From the IMG/VR virus record IMGVR_UViG_3300025718_000163, positions 1 to 50,433 of that record: DNA of 50,433 nucleotides; one strand, written 5' to 3'. The notes beneath the pieces are model-generated. The model worked only from the letters and a program-made list of their open reading frames with translations, ran no database searches and was not told where the DNA came from. The number at the start of each line of letters is the position of its first letter. Positions within the stretch are counted from its first letter, which is position 1. Shown here in pieces: positions 39,414 to 47,681 of the stretch. The position numbers and the translations under genes were made by a program. The stretch comes from a virus (Duplodnaviria; Caudoviricetes).

Positions 39414-39730
39414 TCAAATGATCCTTCTAAATAAATATTGTAATTTGATGCTTACGCCTATTGAATATTCATGCCTGGCCAGAGCGGTTTCAAGTAATTC
39501 GTATGGTCTAATTCCAGAACCTGAGCCTCCTTTATCGGAAGTAGTATCTACAATGTTCTGTCTATTATCTAAATAACATTGAAATTTTGATCTGCACTTT
39601 AACTGTTTCAATTCTACTTTGGTAAGCGTTACACCCTTACTCATTCTTCGAATGATCCGGCGTATACGTGATGTTGTACTTTGGGGTCTCTATCGTTCCA
39701 ACTACAAGGCGAAGTTCCTTACTCTGGCAT
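39414..39730 (-). pseudogene. Fused remnants of YdbC/PC4-like and OsmC-like genes
   Basis: KELRLV/SWNDRDPKY/PDHS/KMSKGVTLT (YdbC) and DKGGSGSGIRPYELLETALA (OsmC). Confidence 0.55.
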
Positions 39731-39823
39731 TTAGCCTACTATCCTAACCACATTCTCCTTTATGCTCGTAACTAGTTCCACCATCCATGTGGATATTTGT
39801 AATCAATCAGCATCTAGTCGTGC

Positions 39824-40430
39824 TTGGAGCAAAATCTAGGTTTAGTTGAAAATAGCCTTTCTCTACCCGGCATAGGCGGTGAAGTAGAACTTAAATCTTT
39901 TAGAAAAAATACTTATTCTATGCTCACTCTATTCACCAAAGAGCCCCTCTCTGATTTTGGACGGACAAGAGATAGATATCTACTGGATAGATTTGGTTAC
40001 AGTAGCTTAAGTTCTAACAAAATTTCACATTTATACTAATGTCTCAGCTGGAGATTATAATTCTCAAGGCTTTAAACTTGAAGCTAAAGGTAATCTACTC
40101 CAACTTTCTCACAACATTATTCCTATTGATATTTACTGGCCATATGGGGTTACTAAAGGATGTTTTTTAAAAAAAATTACCGGCACTTTGTTATCGTACT
40201 AGCAGATACCCATGGTTCTGATTTTGACTAACAATTTCATTATAATGAAGCCTTATATTTAAAAGGATTTAGTTTCCAAGGTTTTATAGCAGCACTTGAA
40301 GCTGGATATATAAAAGTTGATATACGAGGCACCTTAGCTCAAATAATATCTTAAGAAATCATGGGACTGCTTTTAGAATTATTCTCTAAAGTATTATACA
40401 TGCTTTGATTTAAAACAAGTAATTTTATAA
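39824..40430 (+). pseudogene. Decayed MvaI/BcnI-family endonuclease
   Basis: ELKS..SMLTLFTKEP, IYWPY, FHYNEA..GFSFQGF and NHGTAFRI lie across frameshifts and stops; N-terminus missing. Confidence 0.8.
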
Positions 40431-40537
40431 TCGTAAAACTTAAGGGGATTTATTAGACACCACTATTCCTTTCTCTATAGACGTATCAAGAGGCAAGGTG
40501 TAGTATTTAGTCAACATTATGAAATGAGGTAATTGTA

Positions 40538-41257
40538 TTGATTTACTCGATTGACGATTTTATCACAGAATTCAGTAGAATAAAAGCTTCAGGCTGGATT
40601 AAAACCCATCGTTCAGGCAATACAGGAATTGGAAAGACATTAGAGGATTTACTTGAAATCCCGGAGAACAATCTACAAGAACCAGATTTTGGAGAATATG
40701 AATTAAAGTCAGGTAGAAAGAATTCCAGTAGTATGTTAACTATCATAACAAAATCTCCCCAGCCGGCAAAGTCTAATACTTATCTAAGACTAAAATACGG
40801 ATATTCAAGTGAGGCCTATGACAATAATGAGAAAGTACTCCATTCTACCTTAAATGCTACAAGTTTCACTAGAATTGCAGGAACAGGGCATGAACTCAAA
40901 ATTGGTTTTGACAATAACAATATTTTCTTACAATCTCGAACTGACATTGAGAATATTTTTTGGCCAAAGGAAGAGCTCAAACGAAAATTTGAAAGCAAGA
41001 TAAAAAATAAAATCGTATACGTTAAAGCTGATTGTCGAAATTCTGGCTTAAACGAAGAATTCCATTTTGATGAAGCCTATTTAGTTTACGGTTTTAGTTA
41101 TGAAAGACTTGTTGAGCTAATAGAGCAAGGAAAGATATATATTGATTTAAGAATCGGGCAATATCCCGACGGAAGAACTCACGATCACGGAACAGGTTTT
41201 AGAATTCGTGAAGTTGACCAAGATTTATTGTTTAGCCATAGAGAACGACTTGTTTAA
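40538..41257 (+). CDS. MvaI/BcnI-family restriction endonuclease
   Basis: GNTGIGKTLED..ENN..PDF..YELKS, DLRIG and HDHGTGFR motifs. Confidence 0.9.
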   Translation: MIYSIDDFITEFSRIKASGWIKTHRSGNTGIGKTLEDLLEIPENNLQEPDFGEYELKSGRKNSSSMLTIITKSPQPAKSNTYLRLKYGYSSEAYDNNEKVLHSTLNATSFTRIAGTGHELKIGFDNNNIFLQSRTDIENIFWPKEELKRKFESKIKNKIVYVKADCRNSGLNEEFHFDEAYLVYGFSYERLVELIEQGKIYIDLRIGQYPDGRTHDHGTGFRIREVDQDLLFSHRERLV

Positions 41258-41278
41258 TTGTGTGGAGGAGTAGATATT

Positions 41279-42007
41279 GTGCTTGAAACTTTAGCTGATT
41301 TTAAAAGAGAATATCTTAAAATATGTTCGATTGGTTGGATAAAGACCCATAGAAGCGGAAATACAGGTATCGGCAAAACTCTTGAGGATATGGTTGGCAT
41401 AACAGAAAATAATGCCAACCTACCCGACTTTGGAATATACGAGCTTAAATCTGCAAGGATTGATAACCATGCAATGCTTACACTTTTTACAAAGTCCCCA
41501 GAAACAAGCAAGAGTGTAACAGGTAATAATTATTTGTTAGATTCATTTGGCTACTTCAGACCTAAATCTCCAAACAAAAAAACTCTATATAGCACTCTTT
41601 GTTGCACAAAATTCGTAGCCATTTATAGTTCAGGCAAATGTTTAAAAGTGGGTTTTGATAATGAAAAAATATTCTTAGTTTCTCATAATGGACTAGAAGA
41701 TATATATTGGACACGAGAAACGTTGAAGAAAACCTTTGAATCTAAATACGCTTCAAATCAGATTGTATATGCAAAAGCAAAAAGTAGGGGTTTGGGTGCG
41801 AAAGAAGAATTCAAGTACGAAAAAGCGTATCTTTTAGGTGGCTTTAGCTTCGAAAGTTTTACAACTTTACTTGAGCAGGGACGTATTTTTATAGATCTCA
41901 GGATAGGCCAGTTCGCGAATGGGAACGCTCACGATCGTGGCACAGCCTTTAGAATAAGAGAATGTGATCAAGATTTACTTTTTTTAAGTAAACAAGAAAT
42001 AGTATAA
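41279..42007 (+). CDS. MvaI/BcnI-family restriction endonuclease
   Basis: Same motifs (PDFGIYELKS, HDRGTAFR); GGAGGAG RBS before the GTG at 41279. Confidence 0.9.
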   Translation: MLETLADFKREYLKICSIGWIKTHRSGNTGIGKTLEDMVGITENNANLPDFGIYELKSARIDNHAMLTLFTKSPETSKSVTGNNYLLDSFGYFRPKSPNKKTLYSTLCCTKFVAIYSSGKCLKVGFDNEKIFLVSHNGLEDIYWTRETLKKTFESKYASNQIVYAKAKSRGLGAKEEFKYEKAYLLGGFSFESFTTLLEQGRIFIDLRIGQFANGNAHDRGTAFRIRECDQDLLFLSKQEIV

Positions 42008-42043
42008 CAAGGAGAGAGGGCATGACACTCCCTCTCTCCTTGT
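42007..42043. terminator. Bidirectional terminator
   Basis: ACAAGGAGAGAGGG...CCCTCTCTCCTTGT between convergent genes. Confidence 0.75.
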
Positions 42044-42310
42044 TTATTTCGAGATAATAACAATCTTTCCTTTACTAACCATTCCCATAAACTCATCCCC
42101 ATTTAGAAATTTGGACTTTCCCTCGACACCATAATCAATATATACAGTTTGCCACTGGTCCTTTGATATTCTTTTTACAAATCCATTAAATTCAGGCGTT
42201 TCTAGAAATTCGACAATACTGCCGACCTTAACTGGCAACTTTTCTTTAGAACTACTTTCCATATCCCTCTGTTTAGTTATTAATTCTTTCTGTCCATAAC
42301 CTTTTGCCAT
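42044..42310 (-). CDS. Hypothetical protein co-transcribed with the methyltransferase
   Basis: 88-aa ORF 12 bp downstream of the MTase stop, with RBS. Confidence 0.7.
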   Translation of the reverse strand: MAKGYGQKELITKQRDMESSSKEKLPVKVGSIVEFLETPEFNGFVKRISKDQWQTVYIDYGVEGKSKFLNGDEFMGMVSKGKIVIISK

Positions 42311-42322
42311 ATCTGCACCCCT

Positions 42323-43765
42323 TTATCGTACCTTTCTTAAGATCACGATATGCTCATTTGTCATTGTTGTAACCTTATCCCCCGTAACGTTACTAGGAGA
42401 ATTTAGGCTTGGCATAACTTTATTGCCTATATTTCTATCAATAGTATATACACGCTGTAATCCATATTGTTGCCCAAGTTCTTCAATAATTTTATTTGTT
42501 TTTAAATTTTCTAATTTAACAGTCCTGTTTCCCACTACCCAAAATTGATAACTATTAATTTTCATTTTCTTAGTGATAGATTTTAAACATTCATCTAAAT
42601 CCTTATAGAAGCTATAAACATCCCCAGCTCTTTCAATATCTATCTCTTTAATTTTATCTAAAGAGGTATTAAGGGACGGGCTTGGCAAAAAGCTTTCAAA
42701 ACCCTTCGCATACTTCGTTCCTCCCATAAGGCTTTTATCAATATCAATAATATCTTTATTTGAGACTTCCTGCAAATCAAGCCATTGCAAAGATACCCTG
42801 CTAAACTCACCATAAGCTACAGTTGTGCGACTATCACCATAGGGTGGAGAAGTTATCAGTATGTCAATTGAAGCATCTGGTATATTTGTAAGAAACCTTG
42901 TATCCTCAGCATAAATGTAAACCTCTGGGTCCTTTACGTTTTTATCAAATAAATCATAATAGTTCTTCATTTTTTCTATATTTCGATCAAGTATTTTAGC
43001 AAATTCACATCTGGTATCGGGTTTAAACTTTAGTAGCTTTGCAAGAGCAATTCTATACATTTTAAATTCGCCGTTTCTTCTATTTGAAACAAGTCTAACA
43101 GTTTCACTAAAAGCTATCCATAAGAAATTTTTAACGTCCTCATTTTCAACTTGCTTTATGCAGTTTTTAATTACTTGAAGTTCTATTATTACTTTAGGTA
43201 AAAACCAATAGCCAATATTCTTAAATTCCGGAATGACTAATTCAGTATCATTTTGTTTAAAAAAATCTTTTAAATAAATTGGTGCATTGTTACCCCAGCC
43301 ATCCTTTGCAGTAATATCTAGTTGTTTTTCTAGTATGAAAGCATCCACCGAGTTAATTAATTTGTTATAGTTATTATATTGTGTGTTTAGCATATTTAGA
43401 AAATTTTCATTTTCAACCTTCATCTCAGAATAATCAAAATGCTTCGTTTTAACAGCACTAATAAGCCTTGCCAGTGGATTCAAATCAGTTCCATATACTT
43501 TTTCCATTCCAGAAAGAACCCCTTCAACCAGAACCGTCCCAGATCCCATAAATGGATCCATAAGAGTTGTGACTTCTTGGAATTGTCTAACAATTCTAAG
43601 AATGTTTCTACTAATAGGATAAACCATCACAGCGGGGTATGTATGAATACCATGAGTTAATTCCCGAGTATCTTCATTTTTAAAGTCCCAAAAGTCAGAA
43701 GGCAATTTTTCTAATTCATTAATAATCTGTTCATCGACTATCTTGAGCTTATTTAATTCTGTCAT
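42323..43765 (-). CDS. N4-cytosine DNA methyltransferase, M.MvaI-like (alpha order)
   Basis: ELTH..H.YPA, DPFMGSGT, FSETVR.VSN.RN.EFK.YR, TSPPYGDS.TTVAYG.FSR and VVGNRTVK motifs, as recalled for M.MvaI. Confidence 0.9.
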   Translation of the reverse strand: MTELNKLKIVDEQIINELEKLPSDFWDFKNEDTRELTHGIHTYPAVMVYPISRNILRIVRQFQEVTTLMDPFMGSGTVLVEGVLSGMEKVYGTDLNPLARLISAVKTKHFDYSEMKVENENFLNMLNTQYNNYNKLINSVDAFILEKQLDITAKDGWGNNAPIYLKDFFKQNDTELVIPEFKNIGYWFLPKVIIELQVIKNCIKQVENEDVKNFLWIAFSETVRLVSNRRNGEFKMYRIALAKLLKFKPDTRCEFAKILDRNIEKMKNYYDLFDKNVKDPEVYIYAEDTRFLTNIPDASIDILITSPPYGDSRTTVAYGEFSRVSLQWLDLQEVSNKDIIDIDKSLMGGTKYAKGFESFLPSPSLNTSLDKIKEIDIERAGDVYSFYKDLDECLKSITKKMKINSYQFWVVGNRTVKLENLKTNKIIEELGQQYGLQRVYTIDRNIGNKVMPSLNSPSNVTGDKVTTMTNEHIVILRKVR

Positions 43766-43956
43766 TCTTCCACCTCATAAATCTTGCATTAAACCTTTTT
43801 CTCGCGCATAAATAAATCTAAATTAATTAAGAATTCCTTCATTTACTGATTCTTCTAGTCAAGCTTTGTCATTTATGGATGATACCATAAATGCTACAGG
43901 ATTTAAAGTCATTTCTAATCTTAATTATCGTATAAATTTGAAAGGTGTTTTTGTGT

Positions 43957-44100
43957 GTGGATAGAAAAACTGTTTACCCAAAAGTCAATAAGAAACTCTA
44001 CGAAGATTTCAAATTGTTAGCTAAAAAATCGGATATTTCAATAAACGTTTTGTTTGAAGAAGCGATGAAGCTTATTATCGCTGAAAAAGAAAAGGAATAA
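43957..44100 (+). CDS. Ribbon-helix-helix regulator (47 aa)
   Basis: Manual translation MDRKTVYPKVNKKLYEDFKLLAKKSDISINVLFEEAMKLIIAEKEKE*; AAAGGTG RBS; divergent from the MTase. Confidence 0.7.
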   Translation: MDRKTVYPKVNKKLYEDFKLLAKKSDISINVLFEEAMKLIIAEKEKE

Positions 44101-44387
44101 TAAAAAATCTAAGTATAACTTTTCAAAACATTCAGCTACTTAATATATACAGAGGATTGAGAGCTCCACCACTGTAAACTTCTTTTTAATTGTGCGCTTC
44201 ATACAAGCTTTGATTTGAAACAAAGAATCTTATAGCAGGTGGTTAAACAAACAAGTGCCTGAGGATAGGCCACTTAATGCTTATCCGCTAAAGTATAAAA
44301 CTACCATATTTGCATATTGAGTAATGAGGAGTGTGAACTTGGGCCACTGTTGCGGTAAATCACAATTTTAAGGGGGAAAAGAGGAAC

Positions 44388-45140
44388 ATGACAAAAATGA
44401 CATTTGCTAAGGCTAAACAGGAATTTATTGAGGATTTTAACAAGATAAAAAACGTTAAAGTTAAAACGAATAGAAAAGGAAATACAGGAATAGGAAAGAC
44501 TTTTGAAGATATAGTAGGAGTAGTAGAAAACAACAACTTACCTATTGATTATAAAGGTTTCATTGAACTTAAGAGCCAAAGGGCATACACGGGTTCATTA
44601 CTTACACTCTTTACGAAAAGCCCAAATCCTTATGGTGTAATGGCTAGAATTAGAGACGTGCATGGTGAATTATGTCCTAAGCACGGATTAACAAATATCT
44701 TGCATAGTACGTGTAAACATAGTGGCTATAATACCTATAAAAGTCGATTAGGTTTTAAAATTGAACTTGATAGGCAAAATCAACATTTATTGTTGCATAT
44801 TAAAGACTTAGCCACAGGAGCATTACTAACTAATCATATTCAACAAGTTTTTTGGGATTTCTCAGATTTAAGAGAAATTGTAGAGACTAAATGCAAAAAC
44901 ATAGCCTATGTAATTGGTAAAAGCGAGAAAAAAGTTGATGATGAGTATTTCACTTTTACAAAGGCTATATTACTTACAGGATTAACGTTTGATAAGTTTC
45001 TAGATTTCATTGAACAAGACATCATTGTATTTGACATTAGACATGGTACTCATTCAAATGGAAAACCTCATGATCATGGTCCAGCTTTTAGAATAGCAAA
45101 ACGTAATCTTCCGAGAGCCTTTCATCAAGAAATACTATAG
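44388..45140 (+). CDS. MvaI/BcnI-family restriction endonuclease (more divergent copy)
   Basis: GNTGIGKTFED, IDY..IELKS, TLFTKSP and HDHGPAFR motifs. Confidence 0.88.
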   Translation: MTKMTFAKAKQEFIEDFNKIKNVKVKTNRKGNTGIGKTFEDIVGVVENNNLPIDYKGFIELKSQRAYTGSLLTLFTKSPNPYGVMARIRDVHGELCPKHGLTNILHSTCKHSGYNTYKSRLGFKIELDRQNQHLLLHIKDLATGALLTNHIQQVFWDFSDLREIVETKCKNIAYVIGKSEKKVDDEYFTFTKAILLTGLTFDKFLDFIEQDIIVFDIRHGTHSNGKPHDHGPAFRIAKRNLPRAFHQEIL

Positions 45141-45387
45141 AAATAGAAGACATACACTTAAACTGTAAATGTTCTCTTAAAATATAAAATCAGCAGTTAT
45201 ATACATCTATATTAGAATTGGAATAATCCTAAAGGGCAAGAAAGGTAAATCAACACGGTCATGGTACTGGAATCCGAATTAGTTTAATAATATGTGCCAT
45301 GAGGGCCAGCGTCACGCTGATAATGATAAAAATATATAATCGTTAAAGGGGCTACCTTGCTTTAGGGCAGCCATATTTCTAGACAAT

Positions 45388-45912
45388 TTAGAAAAAATTT
45401 ATTTGCTGATATGTTTTAATTTCTAATGTACAAATAGTATCATTGTGCCACCCGCCATGCGGAACTAATAGTATTCTTGCAATTTCAAACCCGTTACTCT
45501 TACCGATTCCCCCGCTATTCCATCCAAAAGTTATTACCTTACCGCCCACCTTTAATATTCTAGTAATCTCCTTTTTATGATTAGCCCAAAAGGAAGCGTT
45601 TGTGGTGTCCCAAGTAACGTTATAACCAAAATCTTTATAGCACTCACTGACTTGCCTTGGGGAAAAAGGTGGGTCATATAGTATTCCATCTACAGATTCA
45701 TCCTTAAATATTTTTAAGAAATCTAGAGCATCCATGTTGTAGTCTGTCTTATATTCAGGATTTAAGTCATTGGTAATTGTAGCTAATTCATTCTTATTAG
45801 CAAAGGGATCAATCCAAATTCCAACTGTCATTTCTTCCTGCAACATACTCTTAATTGGCTTTATATTAAATGTATTTTTATTGGGCATTGCCCATACTCT
45901 TTCTATCTTCAT
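45388..45912 (-). CDS. Minimal adenine-specific DNA methyltransferase-like protein
   Basis: IDPFAN, YDPPFSPRQ..ECY and HGGWHNDTI motifs; 174 aa. Confidence 0.8.
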   Translation of the reverse strand: MKIERVWAMPNKNTFNIKPIKSMLQEEMTVGIWIDPFANKNELATITNDLNPEYKTDYNMDALDFLKIFKDESVDGILYDPPFSPRQVSECYKDFGYNVTWDTTNASFWANHKKEITRILKVGGKVITFGWNSGGIGKSNGFEIARILLVPHGGWHNDTICTLEIKTYQQINFF

Positions 45913-45943
45913 CTCAACCTCAGAATTTTTATTTTCATTATAA

Positions 45944-46825
45944 TCAATAATTAGCAGTGCTTAATGCAATTTTTCTGCCCTCAATTTCTTCAACCGAAAG
46001 CTTATAATAAGATTGTTTAAAGCCGCCAGAAACCGAAGTCATTTTTGGAGCAACCCCTATCCCATGTATAGTGCTATCATTAATTCTGGCATGATACCAG
46101 TTCTTTACACCTTTCAAGTCTAAAAATCCAAAAATCGATATATTCATGTCTTTAGTATAATTGTATAAAATAAAATGATATATGTTAAACCCTATCCCCA
46201 TGAAGAACTTAAACATCTCCATTTGGCCTGTGTTAATGCCAAAATAACCATCTTTGCTTTCATACTTATATTTTACTTCAATTATATTAAATTGATTATT
46301 TTTTTTTGTAAAAAAATCAACATTTATCATACTATAAAAATGGACAGTTAAAAAATTATTTGCGAATTTCCTCTCCACTGCAATTTTTTTAGTTGTACTA
46401 TTCTGCTTGAAAAATAGAATAGATTTGTTCTGCCTATCTTTGTTTCTAGTGTCTTGAGAAGCAATCATAGCCTCTCTTATGGTTGTCAATTTATATTTCT
46501 CTCTGAACTCCTGCTGAGTTAAAACCTTATTTTCCTTAATAAATATAAATTCTTCGTCTTTAAGATATACTTGCCAACACTGATGTGGATAAGGAATTTT
46601 ACTAATAATTTCATGCTCAAAGTCAGACAAGAACTCTTTAACAATAAAAAATAGCCTTATACCCTTATGGTTAGTCATCCACCATCCACCACTAAACGGT
46701 ATAGTGTTATTTTTTAGAAACTGGTTATAAAATAATTGTTCAGTAACATACCCTTCTAACAAAGTATGTTTATCATTTAGTAATTGCTGTATCGCACAGG
46801 CTTCTTTATCAAAAATGTTATCCAA
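45944..46825 (-). CDS. Hypothetical protein with a C-terminal PD-(D/E)XK nuclease motif
   Basis: ERKF..NVDFF..NIIEVKYK..GQ. Confidence 0.6.
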   Translation of the reverse strand: MDNIFDKEACAIQQLLNDKHTLLEGYVTEQLFYNQFLKNNTIPFSGGWWMTNHKGIRLFFIVKEFLSDFEHEIISKIPYPHQCWQVYLKDEEFIFIKENKVLTQQEFREKYKLTTIREAMIASQDTRNKDRQNKSILFFKQNSTTKKIAVERKFANNFLTVHFYSMINVDFFTKKNNQFNIIEVKYKYESKDGYFGINTGQMEMFKFFMGIGFNIYHFILYNYTKDMNISIFGFLDLKGVKNWYHARINDSTIHGIGVAPKMTSVSGGFKQSYYKLSVEEIEGRKIALSTANY

Positions 46826-46862
46826 TATTCCTCCCCCAAATACTTTTAAATTTTTTTCAATT

Positions 46863-47561
46863 TTAGACTATTGACTTCATTAACTCTTGTTCTAATTTAT
46901 GGTCTCTTACTATTTGAAATTCTTTTTGCCATATAGCTTTATAAACATATAATTGCATTCCATTTTTAATGCATCTTTTAAAAGGTTGTTTGAACTCCTT
47001 ATAATCTACGTCTATTTGAATAGCTTTAATTGCCGCGTTCATTAATATTAAATAATAATGAATATCAATTTCTTTATTAAGAAATTTTTCAAATTGCAAT
47101 AATTGTCTTTCCGCCCGCAATACCCTCATTGCTGGAAATTTTGCGGTTTGCTCCTCGGTAAGTATACCCTTAGCCTCAATAATAATATCTTTTTTTCCTT
47201 CAATGAAAAAGTCTACCTTTAGTGTATCATTTATCTTCTTTTCTGGATATATCTTTCCGCCATTTGAATACAGGCTTCCAGCTTTATTAAACTCACAGAG
47301 CAAAATTTCATTGATATATGTAAGGTTTAGCAAGGCATATCCTTCCTCTGTTTTGACAGCATAAAGAGTATATTTGGTTCTAATATTACTACCCTTATTC
47401 TCTGTTAGAAGAACCTCTCGCCCTTTAAGGTATATAAAATGTGACAACTTTGATGAGCTTGATACATAACAAAGTTCTTGCCTTCCGTCAATATTAACAG
47501 TACATAAAAATCTTCCTTTAGCTTCCTCTATGAAAATCCCCTTAACTAATAATTTATTCAT
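46863..47561 (-). CDS. SfsA-like DNA/RNA nuclease (divergent)
   Basis: RF..V..DG N-terminal OB region; E....VDF..IEAKG; AKFP...RA.RQL; GMQLY. Confidence 0.75.
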   Translation of the reverse strand: MNKLLVKGIFIEEAKGRFLCTVNIDGRQELCYVSSSSKLSHFIYLKGREVLLTENKGSNIRTKYTLYAVKTEEGYALLNLTYINEILLCEFNKAGSLYSNGGKIYPEKKINDTLKVDFFIEGKKDIIIEAKGILTEEQTAKFPAMRVLRAERQLLQFEKFLNKEIDIHYYLILMNAAIKAIQIDVDYKEFKQPFKRCIKNGMQLYVYKAIWQKEFQIVRDHKLEQELMKSIV

Positions 47562-47681
47562 AACAGCTCCATTATTAACATTTTATTAAGAAACATTATT
47601 ACCTATATCGGTGTTTACTAATAACATTTGTTTAAGGTTCTACTGTGTTTCCTTTTATTCATACTGTCCCAAAGTGTTTTA

